A DNA stretch of 52,905 nt from assembly GCA_018064405.1 (NCBI GenBank), contig JAGHVG010000001.1, positions 1 to 52,905 of the forward strand. The letters run 5' to 3'. A program made the translations under genes and the position numbers. The stretch comes from Candidatus Enterousia scatequi. Lineage in GTDB: Bacteria; Pseudomonadota; Alphaproteobacteria; Rs-D84. Within the stretch, counting starts at the first letter, position 1. Every line of letters starts with the position of its first letter. Under the pieces are notes generated by a model. It was given only the letters and a program-made list of their open reading frames with translations. It did not search any database and was not told the DNA's origin. Shown piece by piece: positions 1 to 7,735 of the stretch.

Positions 1-117
1 GGTGTGTTGCATTTGTTGGGTTATGATCATTTGAATAATCGTCAGGCACGTGTTATGGAAGGAAAAGAAGTTCAAATATTAAAAACATTAGGGATTAAAA
101 ATCCATACGCAGATGAA
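1..117 (+). CDS. ybeY: 3' end of endoribonuclease YbeY gene (5' partial; no stop codon, frame continues into lnt)
   Basis: Frame-1 translation GVLHLLGYDHLNNRQARVMEGKEVQILKTLGIKNPYADE matches the conserved C-terminal HLLGYDH metal-site region and tail of YbeY. The window starts inside the gene. Confidence 0.7.
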
Positions 118-1629
118 AATGCAGTTAAACATAGTAATAGTATATTCAAATATATTATCAGTGGTGTGTGTGGAATTTGTGCTGCGTTGGGTTTTGCGCC
201 ATTTAATTTATGGTGGTTATCTGTTGTTGCAATTGGCGTTATGTATTATATTGCAACACGTGAATATAAAAGTGTTCTATACGCATGGTTTCTGGCATTA
301 CCGTTTGGTGCGTGTTATGCAATTGCAATGTTTTGGTGGGTGTTAAATTCTATATATGTTATTCCGGAATTGACACAACAATTTGCGGTTTGGACAATTC
401 CTGGCATAATTGGAATTGGTCTGTTTGGCGCGATGTTTTTTACAATTCCGTTTGTAGTTGTATCGTGTATACGCATGAAATCTGGGGTAAAACCGATTTT
501 ATTTGCTGTGGCATGGGTGTTGGTTTTGTGGTTGCGTGAATGGGTTTTTACTGGTTTCCCCTGGAACCCGTTTGCAAATGTTTTTATTAATATACCGCCT
601 GTAGCAAATTCAATGGCATTGTGGGGTGCTGTTGGACTCTCGTTTGTTGCAATTGGTTTAATTGCATCGTTGGTTGGTGTTTTGCGTAACAGAAAATGTG
701 GTTTTTGTTGGATTACATTTTTGTCTTTCGTTGCATTAATGGGAATAGGGGCAATCGCAGGTTCGTCAAATATGTTATATGCGGAATATGGTGCAGATGC
801 CCCAATGCCAATTATTAGAATTGTTCAACCGGCAACAGATCAGGATGAAAAAACACCGTTTGCTGTTTTTGACCGCATGACACGTGCACAAAATCGTATG
901 AATGATTTAGTGCAAATGGCATCTGAAAATGTTCCGGATATAGTTGTGTATCCTGAAACAACATATCCATTTTTTGTTCGTCCCCATGATGCGATGCCAA
1001 TGGCGAGTGCGTTGAAAACCAATGTAATTGCTGGTGCAAATAGTGTGGCGGATGGAAAAATATACAATTCTATGATTGTGGCTAACACATCGGGCGATAT
1101 AACAAACATATATTCTAAATCGCATTTGGTTCCGTTTGGTGAATATAGCCCACTTGGGTTTATGCCGTCACCGTCTGATTTGACGGCGGGGCGGGGGCCT
1201 GAACTTATATCCATATATTATGGCGATGATCAGGAATTTTTATTCGCACCGGCGGTTTGTTATGAAATTATATTTTCAAATTCATTGGTTGGACGCGATG
1301 ACTTGGATGCAATTGTTAATATAACAAACGATAATTGGTTCGGAAATACCCCGGGTGTATATCAGCATTTGGATATGGTTCGTCGTTATGCAATCGAATC
1401 GGGGTTGCCGATTGTGCGTGCAAATTATTCGGGTATTAGCGCGTTTGTGTTATCGGATGGTTCGGTTATATCGTCGTTGCCGGTGGGGTTGAGGGGAACA
1501 CTCGATGGGTTTGTATGGGGGGCGCATTTGACACCATATCGGTGTATTGGTCTGAATGGTTGGGTAATAATAATTTTACTGTTTTCGATATTAATGGTTG
1601 GCTTTTCTGGTGGTGCCAGGGATGAATAA
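4..1629 (+). CDS. lnt: Apolipoprotein N-acyltransferase (Lnt); independent start unresolved (only GTG at 166)
   Basis: Multi-pass membrane N-terminus, then a CN-hydrolase domain with E/K/C triad contexts (VVYPETT, YSKSHLVPFGEY, APAVCYEI). No ATG lies between the YbeY-like segment and the first TM helix. Confidence 0.85.
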   Translation: MLHLLGYDHLNNRQARVMEGKEVQILKTLGIKNPYADENAVKHSNSIFKYIISGVCGICAALGFAPFNLWWLSVVAIGVMYYIATREYKSVLYAWFLALPFGACYAIAMFWWVLNSIYVIPELTQQFAVWTIPGIIGIGLFGAMFFTIPFVVVSCIRMKSGVKPILFAVAWVLVLWLREWVFTGFPWNPFANVFINIPPVANSMALWGAVGLSFVAIGLIASLVGVLRNRKCGFCWITFLSFVALMGIGAIAGSSNMLYAEYGADAPMPIIRIVQPATDQDEKTPFAVFDRMTRAQNRMNDLVQMASENVPDIVVYPETTYPFFVRPHDAMPMASALKTNVIAGANSVADGKIYNSMIVANTSGDITNIYSKSHLVPFGEYSPLGFMPSPSDLTAGRGPELISIYYGDDQEFLFAPAVCYEIIFSNSLVGRDDLDAIVNITNDNWFGNTPGVYQHLDMVRRYAIESGLPIVRANYSGISAFVLSDGSVISSLPVGLRGTLDGFVWGAHLTPYRCIGLNGWVIIILLFSILMVGFSGGARDE

Positions 1630-1639
1630 TATGTAAATC

Positions 1640-1668
1640 TTGACTTTTGATTGGTAAAAGATTAGTAT
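1640..1668 (+). promoter_or_regulatory. Sigma70-type promoter P1 (TTGACT-17-TAGTAT) driving the thrS leader
   Basis: TTGACT at 1640-1645, 17-nt spacer, TAGTAT at 1663-1668. Confidence 0.45.
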
Positions 1669-1678
1669 TTTAATCACG

Positions 1679-1738
1679 ATGATGTTTGTTGATTTTATTT
1701 TTACAGCCACAACAACTACAACCCCTTTGGGGGTGTAA
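1679..1738 (+). CDS. Thr-rich leader peptide MMFVDFIFTATTTTTPLGV (candidate thrS attenuator ORF)
   Basis: ATGATG at 1679. Codons 1703-1723 read ACA GCC ACA ACA ACT ACA ACC (6 Thr of 7). TAA at 1736-1738. The ORF is below the ORF-track size cutoff. It has no SD and starts a few nt after the predicted TSS. Confidence 0.5.
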   Translation: MMFVDFIFTATTTTTPLGV

Positions 1739-1747
1739 TTTCTATTT
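1718..1747 (+). promoter_or_regulatory. Leader hairpin ACCCC-TTTG-GGGGT followed by a T-rich tract (possible attenuator/terminator)
   Basis: Stem 1721-1725 pairs with 1730-1734 and overlaps the last Thr codon and the end of the leader ORF. Downstream sequence is GTAATTTCTATTT. Confidence 0.3.
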
Positions 1748-1774
1748 GCACATATCTTGTGCACGCATTATAAT
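1746..1774 (+). promoter_or_regulatory. Second promoter-like element P2 (TTGCAC-17-TATAAT) with palindromic spacer
   Basis: TTGCAC 1746-1751 and TATAAT 1769-1774. The spacer contains TGCACA-TATCT-TGTGCA (1747-1763). Confidence 0.4.
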
Positions 1775-1823
1775 CAGTTCAGTTAAAACAATAAAATAAT
1801 GTAAATTAAAAAGGTATTTAATT

Positions 1824-3557
1824 ATGTCTTATCCAATTGAAACAATCCGTCATTCGTTGGCGCATGTTATGGCAGCAGCGGTTAAAAAGTTATATCCAGA
1901 TGTTAAATTCGCGGGTGGCCCTGCGATTGAAAATGGATTCTATTACGATTTTGATACAGAACACAGATTTTCAGAAGAAGATTTTGCTGCGATTGAAAAA
2001 GAAATGAAATCACTGATTAAATCAGACGGTCGGTTTGACCAAAAAATAGTATCACTGGATGAAGCCAAACAGATATTTGCAGATCAGCCATATAAAATGG
2101 AATGGTTAAACGAATATGATGCAAATGGCGAACAGTTGTCTGTGTATACTTTCCGTGATTTTGTTGATTTGTGTCGCGGGCCACACGTTGCATCGTCCAA
2201 GGATTTACCCAAGGATGGATTTAAAATTAAATCTGTGGCGGGTGCTTATTGGAAGGGTGATTCAAAAAATAAAATGTTGCAACGCATTTATGTTGATGCG
2301 TTTGCGTCGGCCGAAGAATTAGAACAATACTTGAAAATGGTTGAAGAAGCGGCGGCACGTGATAACCGTAAACTGGGCAAGGATATGGATTTGTTCCATT
2401 TTGAACCTGAATATGCACCGGGTGCGGTATTTTGGCACGACAAGGGATATAAAATTTATCGTAAGTTAATTGAATATATCCGTTGGCGTCAGGAAAAGGC
2501 AGGGTATCAGGAAATATCAACACCATCTGTGATGGATAGATGCCTGTGGGAACGCAGTGGTCACTGGGCAAAATATGGTGCACATAATTATTCAGGTAAA
2601 ACCCAAGATGGCAAGGTGTTTTGTGTAAAACCCATGTCGTGCCCAGGCGGAATGTTGGTCTTTGGTCAGGGGATTAAATCATATAAAGATTTACCGTTGT
2701 ATTTGGCTGAATTTGGCAAGGTGAATCGTTATGAAGCCGCAGGTTCTCTGGCGGGATTGATGCGTGTTCGTGAATTTACCCAGGATGATGCACATATTTT
2801 CTGCACAGAAGATCAGTTGGAGGCAGAAGTTGTAAAAATATTGCGCTTCATTAAGGATATTTATGGCAAATTCGGATTCGATAAGATTTCTATGAAATTG
2901 GCGACACGTCCAAATTCTGAATTCCGTATTGGGTCTGATGAAGTTTGGGATAAGGCAGAAGGTGCATTAAAGCATGCATTGGACGCAAACGGTATTGAAT
3001 ATGAAATTGCTGAGGGGGACGCAGCATTCTATGGGCCAAAAATTGATAATTATTTGCGCGATTCTATGGGGCGTGTATGGCAGTGTGGAACGGTTCAGCT
3101 GGATATGAATTTGCCGGAACGTTTTGATTTGTCGTATATTGGCGAAGATGGTGAAAAGCATCGTCCGATTATGTTACATCGTGCAATGTTGGGGTCAATT
3201 GAACGGTTTATGGGAATATTGTTGGAATCGACAGGTGGAAATTTGCCGTTATGGTTGTCCCCAGAACCAGTTGTGGTTGTGCCAGTGTCTGAAAAATTCC
3301 GTGATTACGCAAATGATGTTGTTGAGAAATTGCGTGATGCCGGGGTGAGTTCTCGTGCGGATTTGCGTGATGAAAAAGTTAATTACAAGATTCGTGAATT
3401 ATCACTCGCCAAGACACCGATTATTGCTGTTGTTGGCGACAAGGAAATGGGTGACAAAACTGTGACTCTGCGTTATCTGGGCAAAGATGGTCAGGAAGCA
3501 GTTGCGCTGGACAAATTTGTTGCCCAGATGACAGAATCTGTAAAAATGCCAAAATAA
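1824..3557 (+). CDS. thrS: Threonine--tRNA ligase, lacking the N-terminal TGS domain
   Basis: 577 aa. It starts directly in the editing domain (IRHSLAHVMAAAVKKLYPDVKFAGGPAIENGFYYDFD, LCRGPHV), followed by the class II catalytic core and anticodon-binding domain. Confidence 0.95.
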   Translation: MSYPIETIRHSLAHVMAAAVKKLYPDVKFAGGPAIENGFYYDFDTEHRFSEEDFAAIEKEMKSLIKSDGRFDQKIVSLDEAKQIFADQPYKMEWLNEYDANGEQLSVYTFRDFVDLCRGPHVASSKDLPKDGFKIKSVAGAYWKGDSKNKMLQRIYVDAFASAEELEQYLKMVEEAAARDNRKLGKDMDLFHFEPEYAPGAVFWHDKGYKIYRKLIEYIRWRQEKAGYQEISTPSVMDRCLWERSGHWAKYGAHNYSGKTQDGKVFCVKPMSCPGGMLVFGQGIKSYKDLPLYLAEFGKVNRYEAAGSLAGLMRVREFTQDDAHIFCTEDQLEAEVVKILRFIKDIYGKFGFDKISMKLATRPNSEFRIGSDEVWDKAEGALKHALDANGIEYEIAEGDAAFYGPKIDNYLRDSMGRVWQCGTVQLDMNLPERFDLSYIGEDGEKHRPIMLHRAMLGSIERFMGILLESTGGNLPLWLSPEPVVVVPVSEKFRDYANDVVEKLRDAGVSSRADLRDEKVNYKIRELSLAKTPIIAVVGDKEMGDKTVTLRYLGKDGQEAVALDKFVAQMTESVKMPK

Positions 3558-3574
3558 AGAAAAGGAGAAAGCAC

Positions 3575-3718
3575 ATGAAAAAAATAGTGTCTATACTAAT
3601 GTTGGTATTGGTCGTTGTGACGGTTGCAGCGTGTTCGTGCAAGTGCAGTAATGAACCAATAGTGCATGAAAATCAGAAACTGATTGTTCCACCAAATTTT
3701 GGTAATATGCCAAAATAA
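3575..3718 (+). CDS. Small predicted lipoprotein (47 aa), not in ORF track
   Basis: AGGAGA SD 7 nt upstream of the ATG. Sequence MKKIVSILMLVLVVVTVAAC SCKCSNEPIVHENQKLIVPPNFGNMPK has an n-region, an h-region and lipobox VAAC. Confidence 0.55.
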   Translation: MKKIVSILMLVLVVVTVAACSCKCSNEPIVHENQKLIVPPNFGNMPK

Positions 3719-3746
3719 TTTTCTGTTAGGGTTTGTTTTAGACATA

Positions 3747-3761
3747 TTTTTGTGATATAAT
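3747..3761 (+). promoter_or_regulatory. Extended -10 promoter motif TTTTGTGATATAAT (copy 1 of 3)
   Basis: TG-n-TATAAT ends at 3761, 39 nt upstream of the SPOR gene ATG. GGGAGAATGTT RBS block at 3787-3797. Confidence 0.4.
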
Positions 3762-3800
3762 ATGGTTTGAAATAAACCTACGAACAGGGAGAATGTTGTC

Positions 3801-4535
3801 ATGGAAGATGAAAATTTAGATTTACTTGATTTAGATGATGCAGCGTCTGATAGTTTGCCGGATGCGGCGCCGTTGGTTGCGCCACGCCCAAAAAAACCAT
3901 GGTTGTTGATGGTTGTTGGGTTGGCTGTGATTGCGTTGGCAACATTTATAATTGTTCATACAATTAGTTCTGAAAATTCATCTGCCGTGGATATTGATTT
4001 GGATGTACCTGCGGTTGTTGTTGATGGTGATGTGGCAGATATTAAACCAGCTGAGCCGAAAAAGCCAGAGGTTGCACCTGCACCAGTGGCACCGTTGCCA
4101 CAACCTGCAGTGAAAGAGGTTGAAAAGCCAGCGCCTGTTGCGCAAGCGAATGCAAATCCAAGTGCACCTGTTCACGTTATTCAGGACAGAAAAGAGGTTA
4201 CATTTAATCCGGATAAACCCGCAAATGTAAAACCTGCGGCAAAGGCAGCGCAGAAAAAAGCTGTTGCAAAACCTGCGGTAAAGACCAGTTCTAATTCATG
4301 GTATGTACAATTGGGGTCATATAGTTCGCGCAGTTTGGCGGAAAGTGGTGAACGTCAGTTGCGTCGTGCGCATCCAGGGTTGCTTGAAGGGCAACAAACT
4401 GTTATTTTGGCAGCAGTTTTGAAAAATGGAACGACAACATATCGCTTGCGCGCGGTATTTAACAATCAGAACGATGCAAACGGTTTTTGCCGTAATGCAA
4501 AATCTGATGGCTTAGATTGTTATGTCGCAAAATAA
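3801..4535 (+). CDS. SPOR-domain (septal peptidoglycan-binding) membrane protein
   Basis: N-terminal TM helix, Pro/Ala/Lys-rich linker, and a C-terminal SPOR-like domain (SWYVQLGSYSSRSLAESGERQL...YRLRAVFNNQNDANGFCRNAK). Confidence 0.8.
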   Translation: MEDENLDLLDLDDAASDSLPDAAPLVAPRPKKPWLLMVVGLAVIALATFIIVHTISSENSSAVDIDLDVPAVVVDGDVADIKPAEPKKPEVAPAPVAPLPQPAVKEVEKPAPVAQANANPSAPVHVIQDRKEVTFNPDKPANVKPAAKAAQKKAVAKPAVKTSSNSWYVQLGSYSSRSLAESGERQLRRAHPGLLEGQQTVILAAVLKNGTTTYRLRAVFNNQNDANGFCRNAKSDGLDCYVAK

Positions 4536-4550
4536 TCAAAGGGGATAAAA

Positions 4551-4751
4551 ATGAGATTAGGTTGGGCTGAAATACTGATTATAATTTTGTTGGTCGTGAT
4601 TTTATTTGGCCATAACAAAATTCCAGGTATGATGAAAAATTTAGCAGATGGTATAAAAATATTTAAAAAAGAAGTTGCAGTTAAGCCAGCGGATAAAAAG
4701 GCGGTAACCAAAAAAGCAGCAGCCAAGAAAAAGACCGTTTCTAAAAAATAA
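4551..4751 (+). CDS. tatA: Twin-arginine translocase subunit TatA/E
   Basis: MRLGWAEILIIILLVVILFGHNKIPGMMKNLADGIKIFKKE gives the TM helix plus FG..K.P and G...FKK hinge typical of TatA. GGGGA SD. Confidence 0.85.
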   Translation: MRLGWAEILIIILLVVILFGHNKIPGMMKNLADGIKIFKKEVAVKPADKKAVTKKAAAKKKTVSKK

Positions 4752-4760
4752 TACCATAAT

Positions 4761-4797
4761 AAAAAACATCCCGCCGAAATGGCGGGGTGTTTTTTTA
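4761..4797. terminator. Bidirectional intrinsic terminator (tatA / dksA)
   Basis: Stem ACATCCCGCC / GGCGGGGTGT with loop GAAAT, flanked by an A-run and a T-run. Confidence 0.7.
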
Positions 4798-4810
4798 TTG
4801 ATAAATTTTA

Positions 4811-5239
4811 TTAACGGTTTTGTTCGTATTCTTCCTGTTCTTCAACAGTCATTGTTGCCAATGGACGTGCAACCAGACGCTGAATCCCGATTTCGTCACC
4901 AGATATAACGCTGTATCCAAATGTTCCGTTATCCAGGCGATTTAATGCTTCGTTTATTTTACGCAGTAAATTATTATCACGTTGTTGCATACGCAAATTT
5001 GATGCAATTTCCTGTTCCATTGATGCGCTATCAGTATCGTCGCCAACCGCAGCAGTATCGGATTGATCCGCCATACGAACAGAATTTAACACTGTGGCTG
5101 CGTTATTTTCTAGTTCTTGTTTTTGTGCAGATAATAACTGATAAAAATACGCCAACTGCTCAGGACACATATATGGTTCTGATTTTTTTGGAACATACTT
5201 CGGTGGCAGTTCTATTTTCTTAAAATCTTTCTTGGCCAT
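4811..5239 (-). CDS. dksA: RNA polymerase-binding regulator DksA, Cys-less (no C4 zinc finger)
   Basis: Coiled-coil region with an acidic tip (DDTDSASMEQE). The C-terminal GTFGYSVISGDEIGIQRLVARPLATMTVEEQ aligns to the E. coli Y-G-Y-C-x-x-C-G...C-x-x-C region, but all four Cys are replaced. Confidence 0.85.
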   Translation of the reverse strand: MAKKDFKKIELPPKYVPKKSEPYMCPEQLAYFYQLLSAQKQELENNAATVLNSVRMADQSDTAAVGDDTDSASMEQEIASNLRMQQRDNNLLRKINEALNRLDNGTFGYSVISGDEIGIQRLVARPLATMTVEEQEEYEQNR

Positions 5240-5243
5240 CGTT

Positions 5244-5561
5244 TTAACCCTTTAATTCATTAATCCAATTTTTTAATGTTTCTTCGTCCATAACACCTGT
5301 GCGTGCCTCAATCAATTCACCGTTTTTAAATGCTAATATTGCAGGTATTGATCTGATTCCGTATTTCATCGGCGTCATGCGATTTGTATCATCAATTTCA
5401 AACTTTATAAATTTAACATCAGGAACTTCGTCTGAGACAGATTCAAATATAGGACCAAACATACGACATGGACCACACCAGGGTGCCCAGAAATCAGCCA
5501 AGGTTAGACCATTTTGAACCATTGATTGAAATGTTGAATCGTTCGCGTGTTCTATTGCCAT
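5244..5561 (-). CDS. trxA: Thioredoxin
   Basis: WAPWCGPCRM active site, 105 aa, strong AAGGAG SD. Confidence 0.95.
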   Translation of the reverse strand: MAIEHANDSTFQSMVQNGLTLADFWAPWCGPCRMFGPIFESVSDEVPDVKFIKFEIDDTNRMTPMKYGIRSIPAILAFKNGELIEARTGVMDEETLKNWINELKG

Positions 5562-5579
5562 GTTTTTCTCCTTTGCATG

Positions 5580-5607
5580 TTGATTATGTGAAAGAGTGTA
5601 TTATAAT
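5580..5607 (+). promoter_or_regulatory. Promoter-like element upstream of sufS (TTGATT-16-TATAAT)
   Basis: TTGATT 5580-5585 and TATAAT 5602-5607, in the divergent trxA/sufS intergenic region. Confidence 0.4.
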
Positions 5608-5633
5608 TGGCTTAAAAAGCAAGGGAAAACGTC

Positions 5634-6740
5634 ATGAATAAATTCATATACATGGATGCAGCAGCCAGTTTCCTGAAACCACAAGCTGTACTAGAATCTG
5701 AGGGGGATTTTTTGCGTAATAGATATGCAAATGCTGGGCGTGGCGTGTGCGAGCGTGCGGCGGCGGTGGATGACATGGTTGATAAAACACGTCGTTTTGT
5801 GGCTAAATTTATCGGTGCAGATGCCGATTCTATTGTTTTTACCTTTGGTGCAACTGATGGGTTTAACAGAATCGTGAACATATTAAAAAACACCCCTGGA
5901 ATGTTGAATAAAAATACTGTATGCGCGGTATCTGATCTGGATCATCACAGTTTTAGGGGACCATTTGAGATGTCGCCCGCCAAAACCATTGTGTGTCCAT
6001 TGGATAAAAATATGGATATTGATATTAAACGTATTCCATGTGCGGATATTTTGCTTATAACGGCGATGTCCAATGTTTTGGGACATGCACAAAATGTGAA
6101 AAAAATTATATCTGTGGCACGCAAGGCAAATCCGAATGTCATTGCGATTGTTGATTGTGCCCAATATGTTGTGCATGAAAAAATAGATGTTAAAAAATGG
6201 GATTGTGATTTTATGTGCTTTTCGGGACATAAAATTGGTGCTGATACTGGGGTGGGGGTAATGTATATTAAAAATCCAAAACGTTTTAGTCCTGATAAAT
6301 TTGGTGGCGGAATGGTTGCAAAAATATATGGTAAAAAATGGATATTAGAATCGGCACCAATTTGTTTTGAAGCAGGAACGTTGCCAATTACACAAATCGC
6401 TGGATTAATGCCTGCGATAGATTCGTTGATTGATAAACGCCCTGATTTAGATTTAATAAAATATATGTATGATGAACTGGACTATTTAAAGCAAATAAAG
6501 ATTCTGTCCAAACGTGATGCTGCGATTCTGTCGTTTGTAATTGATGGTATGCATCCGTTGGATGTTGGAACAATATTAGGTGTAAATAACATATGTGTGC
6601 GCGTCGGAAATATGTGTGCATCGTGGATACATAAATATATGTCTGTATCGGGCTGTGTTCGTTTGTCTGTTGGGCCATGGAATACTAAGTCAGATGCGCG
6701 TGCGGTTATTAAAGCAATAAAAAAAATAGTGGAAAAATAA
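5634..6740 (+). CDS. sufS: Cysteine desulfurase (class V aminotransferase, SufS-like, short)
   Basis: PLP-lysine context FSGHKIGADTGVGVMY and catalytic Cys context RVGNMCASW. Followed by sufT- and sufE-like genes. Confidence 0.85.
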   Translation: MNKFIYMDAAASFLKPQAVLESEGDFLRNRYANAGRGVCERAAAVDDMVDKTRRFVAKFIGADADSIVFTFGATDGFNRIVNILKNTPGMLNKNTVCAVSDLDHHSFRGPFEMSPAKTIVCPLDKNMDIDIKRIPCADILLITAMSNVLGHAQNVKKIISVARKANPNVIAIVDCAQYVVHEKIDVKKWDCDFMCFSGHKIGADTGVGVMYIKNPKRFSPDKFGGGMVAKIYGKKWILESAPICFEAGTLPITQIAGLMPAIDSLIDKRPDLDLIKYMYDELDYLKQIKILSKRDAAILSFVIDGMHPLDVGTILGVNNICVRVGNMCASWIHKYMSVSGCVRLSVGPWNTKSDARAVIKAIKKIVEK

Positions 6741-7051
6741 TGCCAACACGTGAAGAAATCATTGAAAAATTAAAAACAGTATTTGATCCTGAAATTCCTG
6801 TGAATGTATGGGATATGGGACTGATTTATGATATTATAATTGGTGATAAGGTAATAACAATAAACATGACGTTTACATCACCAACATGTCCGATGATGCA
6901 GGAAATATTAGACCAGGTAAAGCAGGTTGTATCATCAATAGCAAATGGTGCAGATGTTAATGTAAATTTGGTTTGGGAACCGGCATGGGATTTGTCGCGT
7001 ATGTCAGATGCTGCAAGAATAGAACTAGATTTGACCAATATGGGATGGTGA
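6740..7051 (+). CDS. DUF59/MIP18-family Fe-S assembly protein (SufT-like)
   Basis: DPEIPVNVWDMGLIYDI...TSPTCPM motif set typical of DUF59. Its start overlaps the sufS stop (TAATG). Confidence 0.75.
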   Translation: MPTREEIIEKLKTVFDPEIPVNVWDMGLIYDIIIGDKVITINMTFTSPTCPMMQEILDQVKQVVSSIANGADVNVNLVWEPAWDLSRMSDAARIELDLTNMGW

Positions 7052-7053
7052 TA

Positions 7054-7416
7054 ATGACATATACTGAAATGAAGCAGACATTGAATATGGTTTCGGATCC
7101 TGCCGCAAGGTTGGAATTGGTGATGGATTTTGGCAAATATCTGGAACCTGTGCCAGATGGCGCAAAATGTAGTGAAATAGTTGGGTGCACATCGTTGGTT
7201 GAAATCTGCAATTTTAATGGGCGGTTGTATGGTCGTGCCGATTCGGCAATTGTGCGTGGCATTGTTGCATTATTGTTGGCAATGATTGATGAAAAAACAT
7301 TTGCGCAGATAAAGAAAATGGATTTGTGGGGCGAATTTCAATCTTTAAATTTGCAACTAGGAACAGGTAGAGTAGGGGGGGTAAATTCTATGATTCGTTT
7401 TTTGCAAAATTTATGA
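7054..7416 (+). CDS. sufE: Sulfur acceptor SufE
   Basis: ARLELVMDFGKYLEP...IVGCTSLVE (conserved acceptor Cys), ~120 aa. I trimmed track ORF 6973-7416 to the ATG at 7054, which follows the sufT stop. Confidence 0.8.
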   Translation: MTYTEMKQTLNMVSDPAARLELVMDFGKYLEPVPDGAKCSEIVGCTSLVEICNFNGRLYGRADSAIVRGIVALLLAMIDEKTFAQIKKMDLWGEFQSLNLQLGTGRVGGVNSMIRFLQNL

Positions 7417-7447
7417 TAAAATGCACATATCTGTGGGGGAATGATAA

Positions 7448-7735
7448 ATGGGTGACGACGAGAAAATGCTTAAAATTGGTACGTGGGCACTGTGTGGGGT
7501 GTTGCTGTTAACCGTAATTTTGCAGGTGTGTTATCGGACACAAAATAGAACACGTAAGATGATTAAGAATGAAATTGTTAGTATTCAGCGACAAACCACA
7601 ATAGAACAGGGACGCTTTGAATCGTTTACACGCCCAGAATTTTTACGCGATAAGGTCGTGATGATAAACCCAAAGGCCGAAACAGTTGGTTACAGTAAAA
7701 ACATTTCAATTAACGATTTGGGATACAAAAAATAA
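7448..7735 (+). CDS. Small bitopic membrane protein, FtsL-like by position and topology
   Basis: 95 aa with a single N-terminal TM helix. Sits immediately upstream of ftsI and overlaps it (TAATG). Confidence 0.5.
   Translation: MGDDEKMLKIGTWALCGVLLLTVILQVCYRTQNRTRKMIKNEIVSIQRQTTIEQGRFESFTRPEFLRDKVVMINPKAETVGYSKNISINDLGYKK

Noticed and set aside
1675-1823. T-box riboswitch or E. coli-type tRNA-Thr anticodon-mimic operator in the thrS leader
   Set aside because: The leader is far too short for a T-box and lacks specifier or T-box sequences. The 1747-1763 hairpin loop (TATCT) contains no Thr anticodon-like GGU/UGU/CGU. The Thr-codon leader ORF is the better-supported signal.
6973-7053. N-terminal extension of the sufE ORF
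   Set aside because: It overlaps the end of the DUF59 gene in another frame. The ATG at 7054, right after the upstream stop, gives a normal-length SufE.
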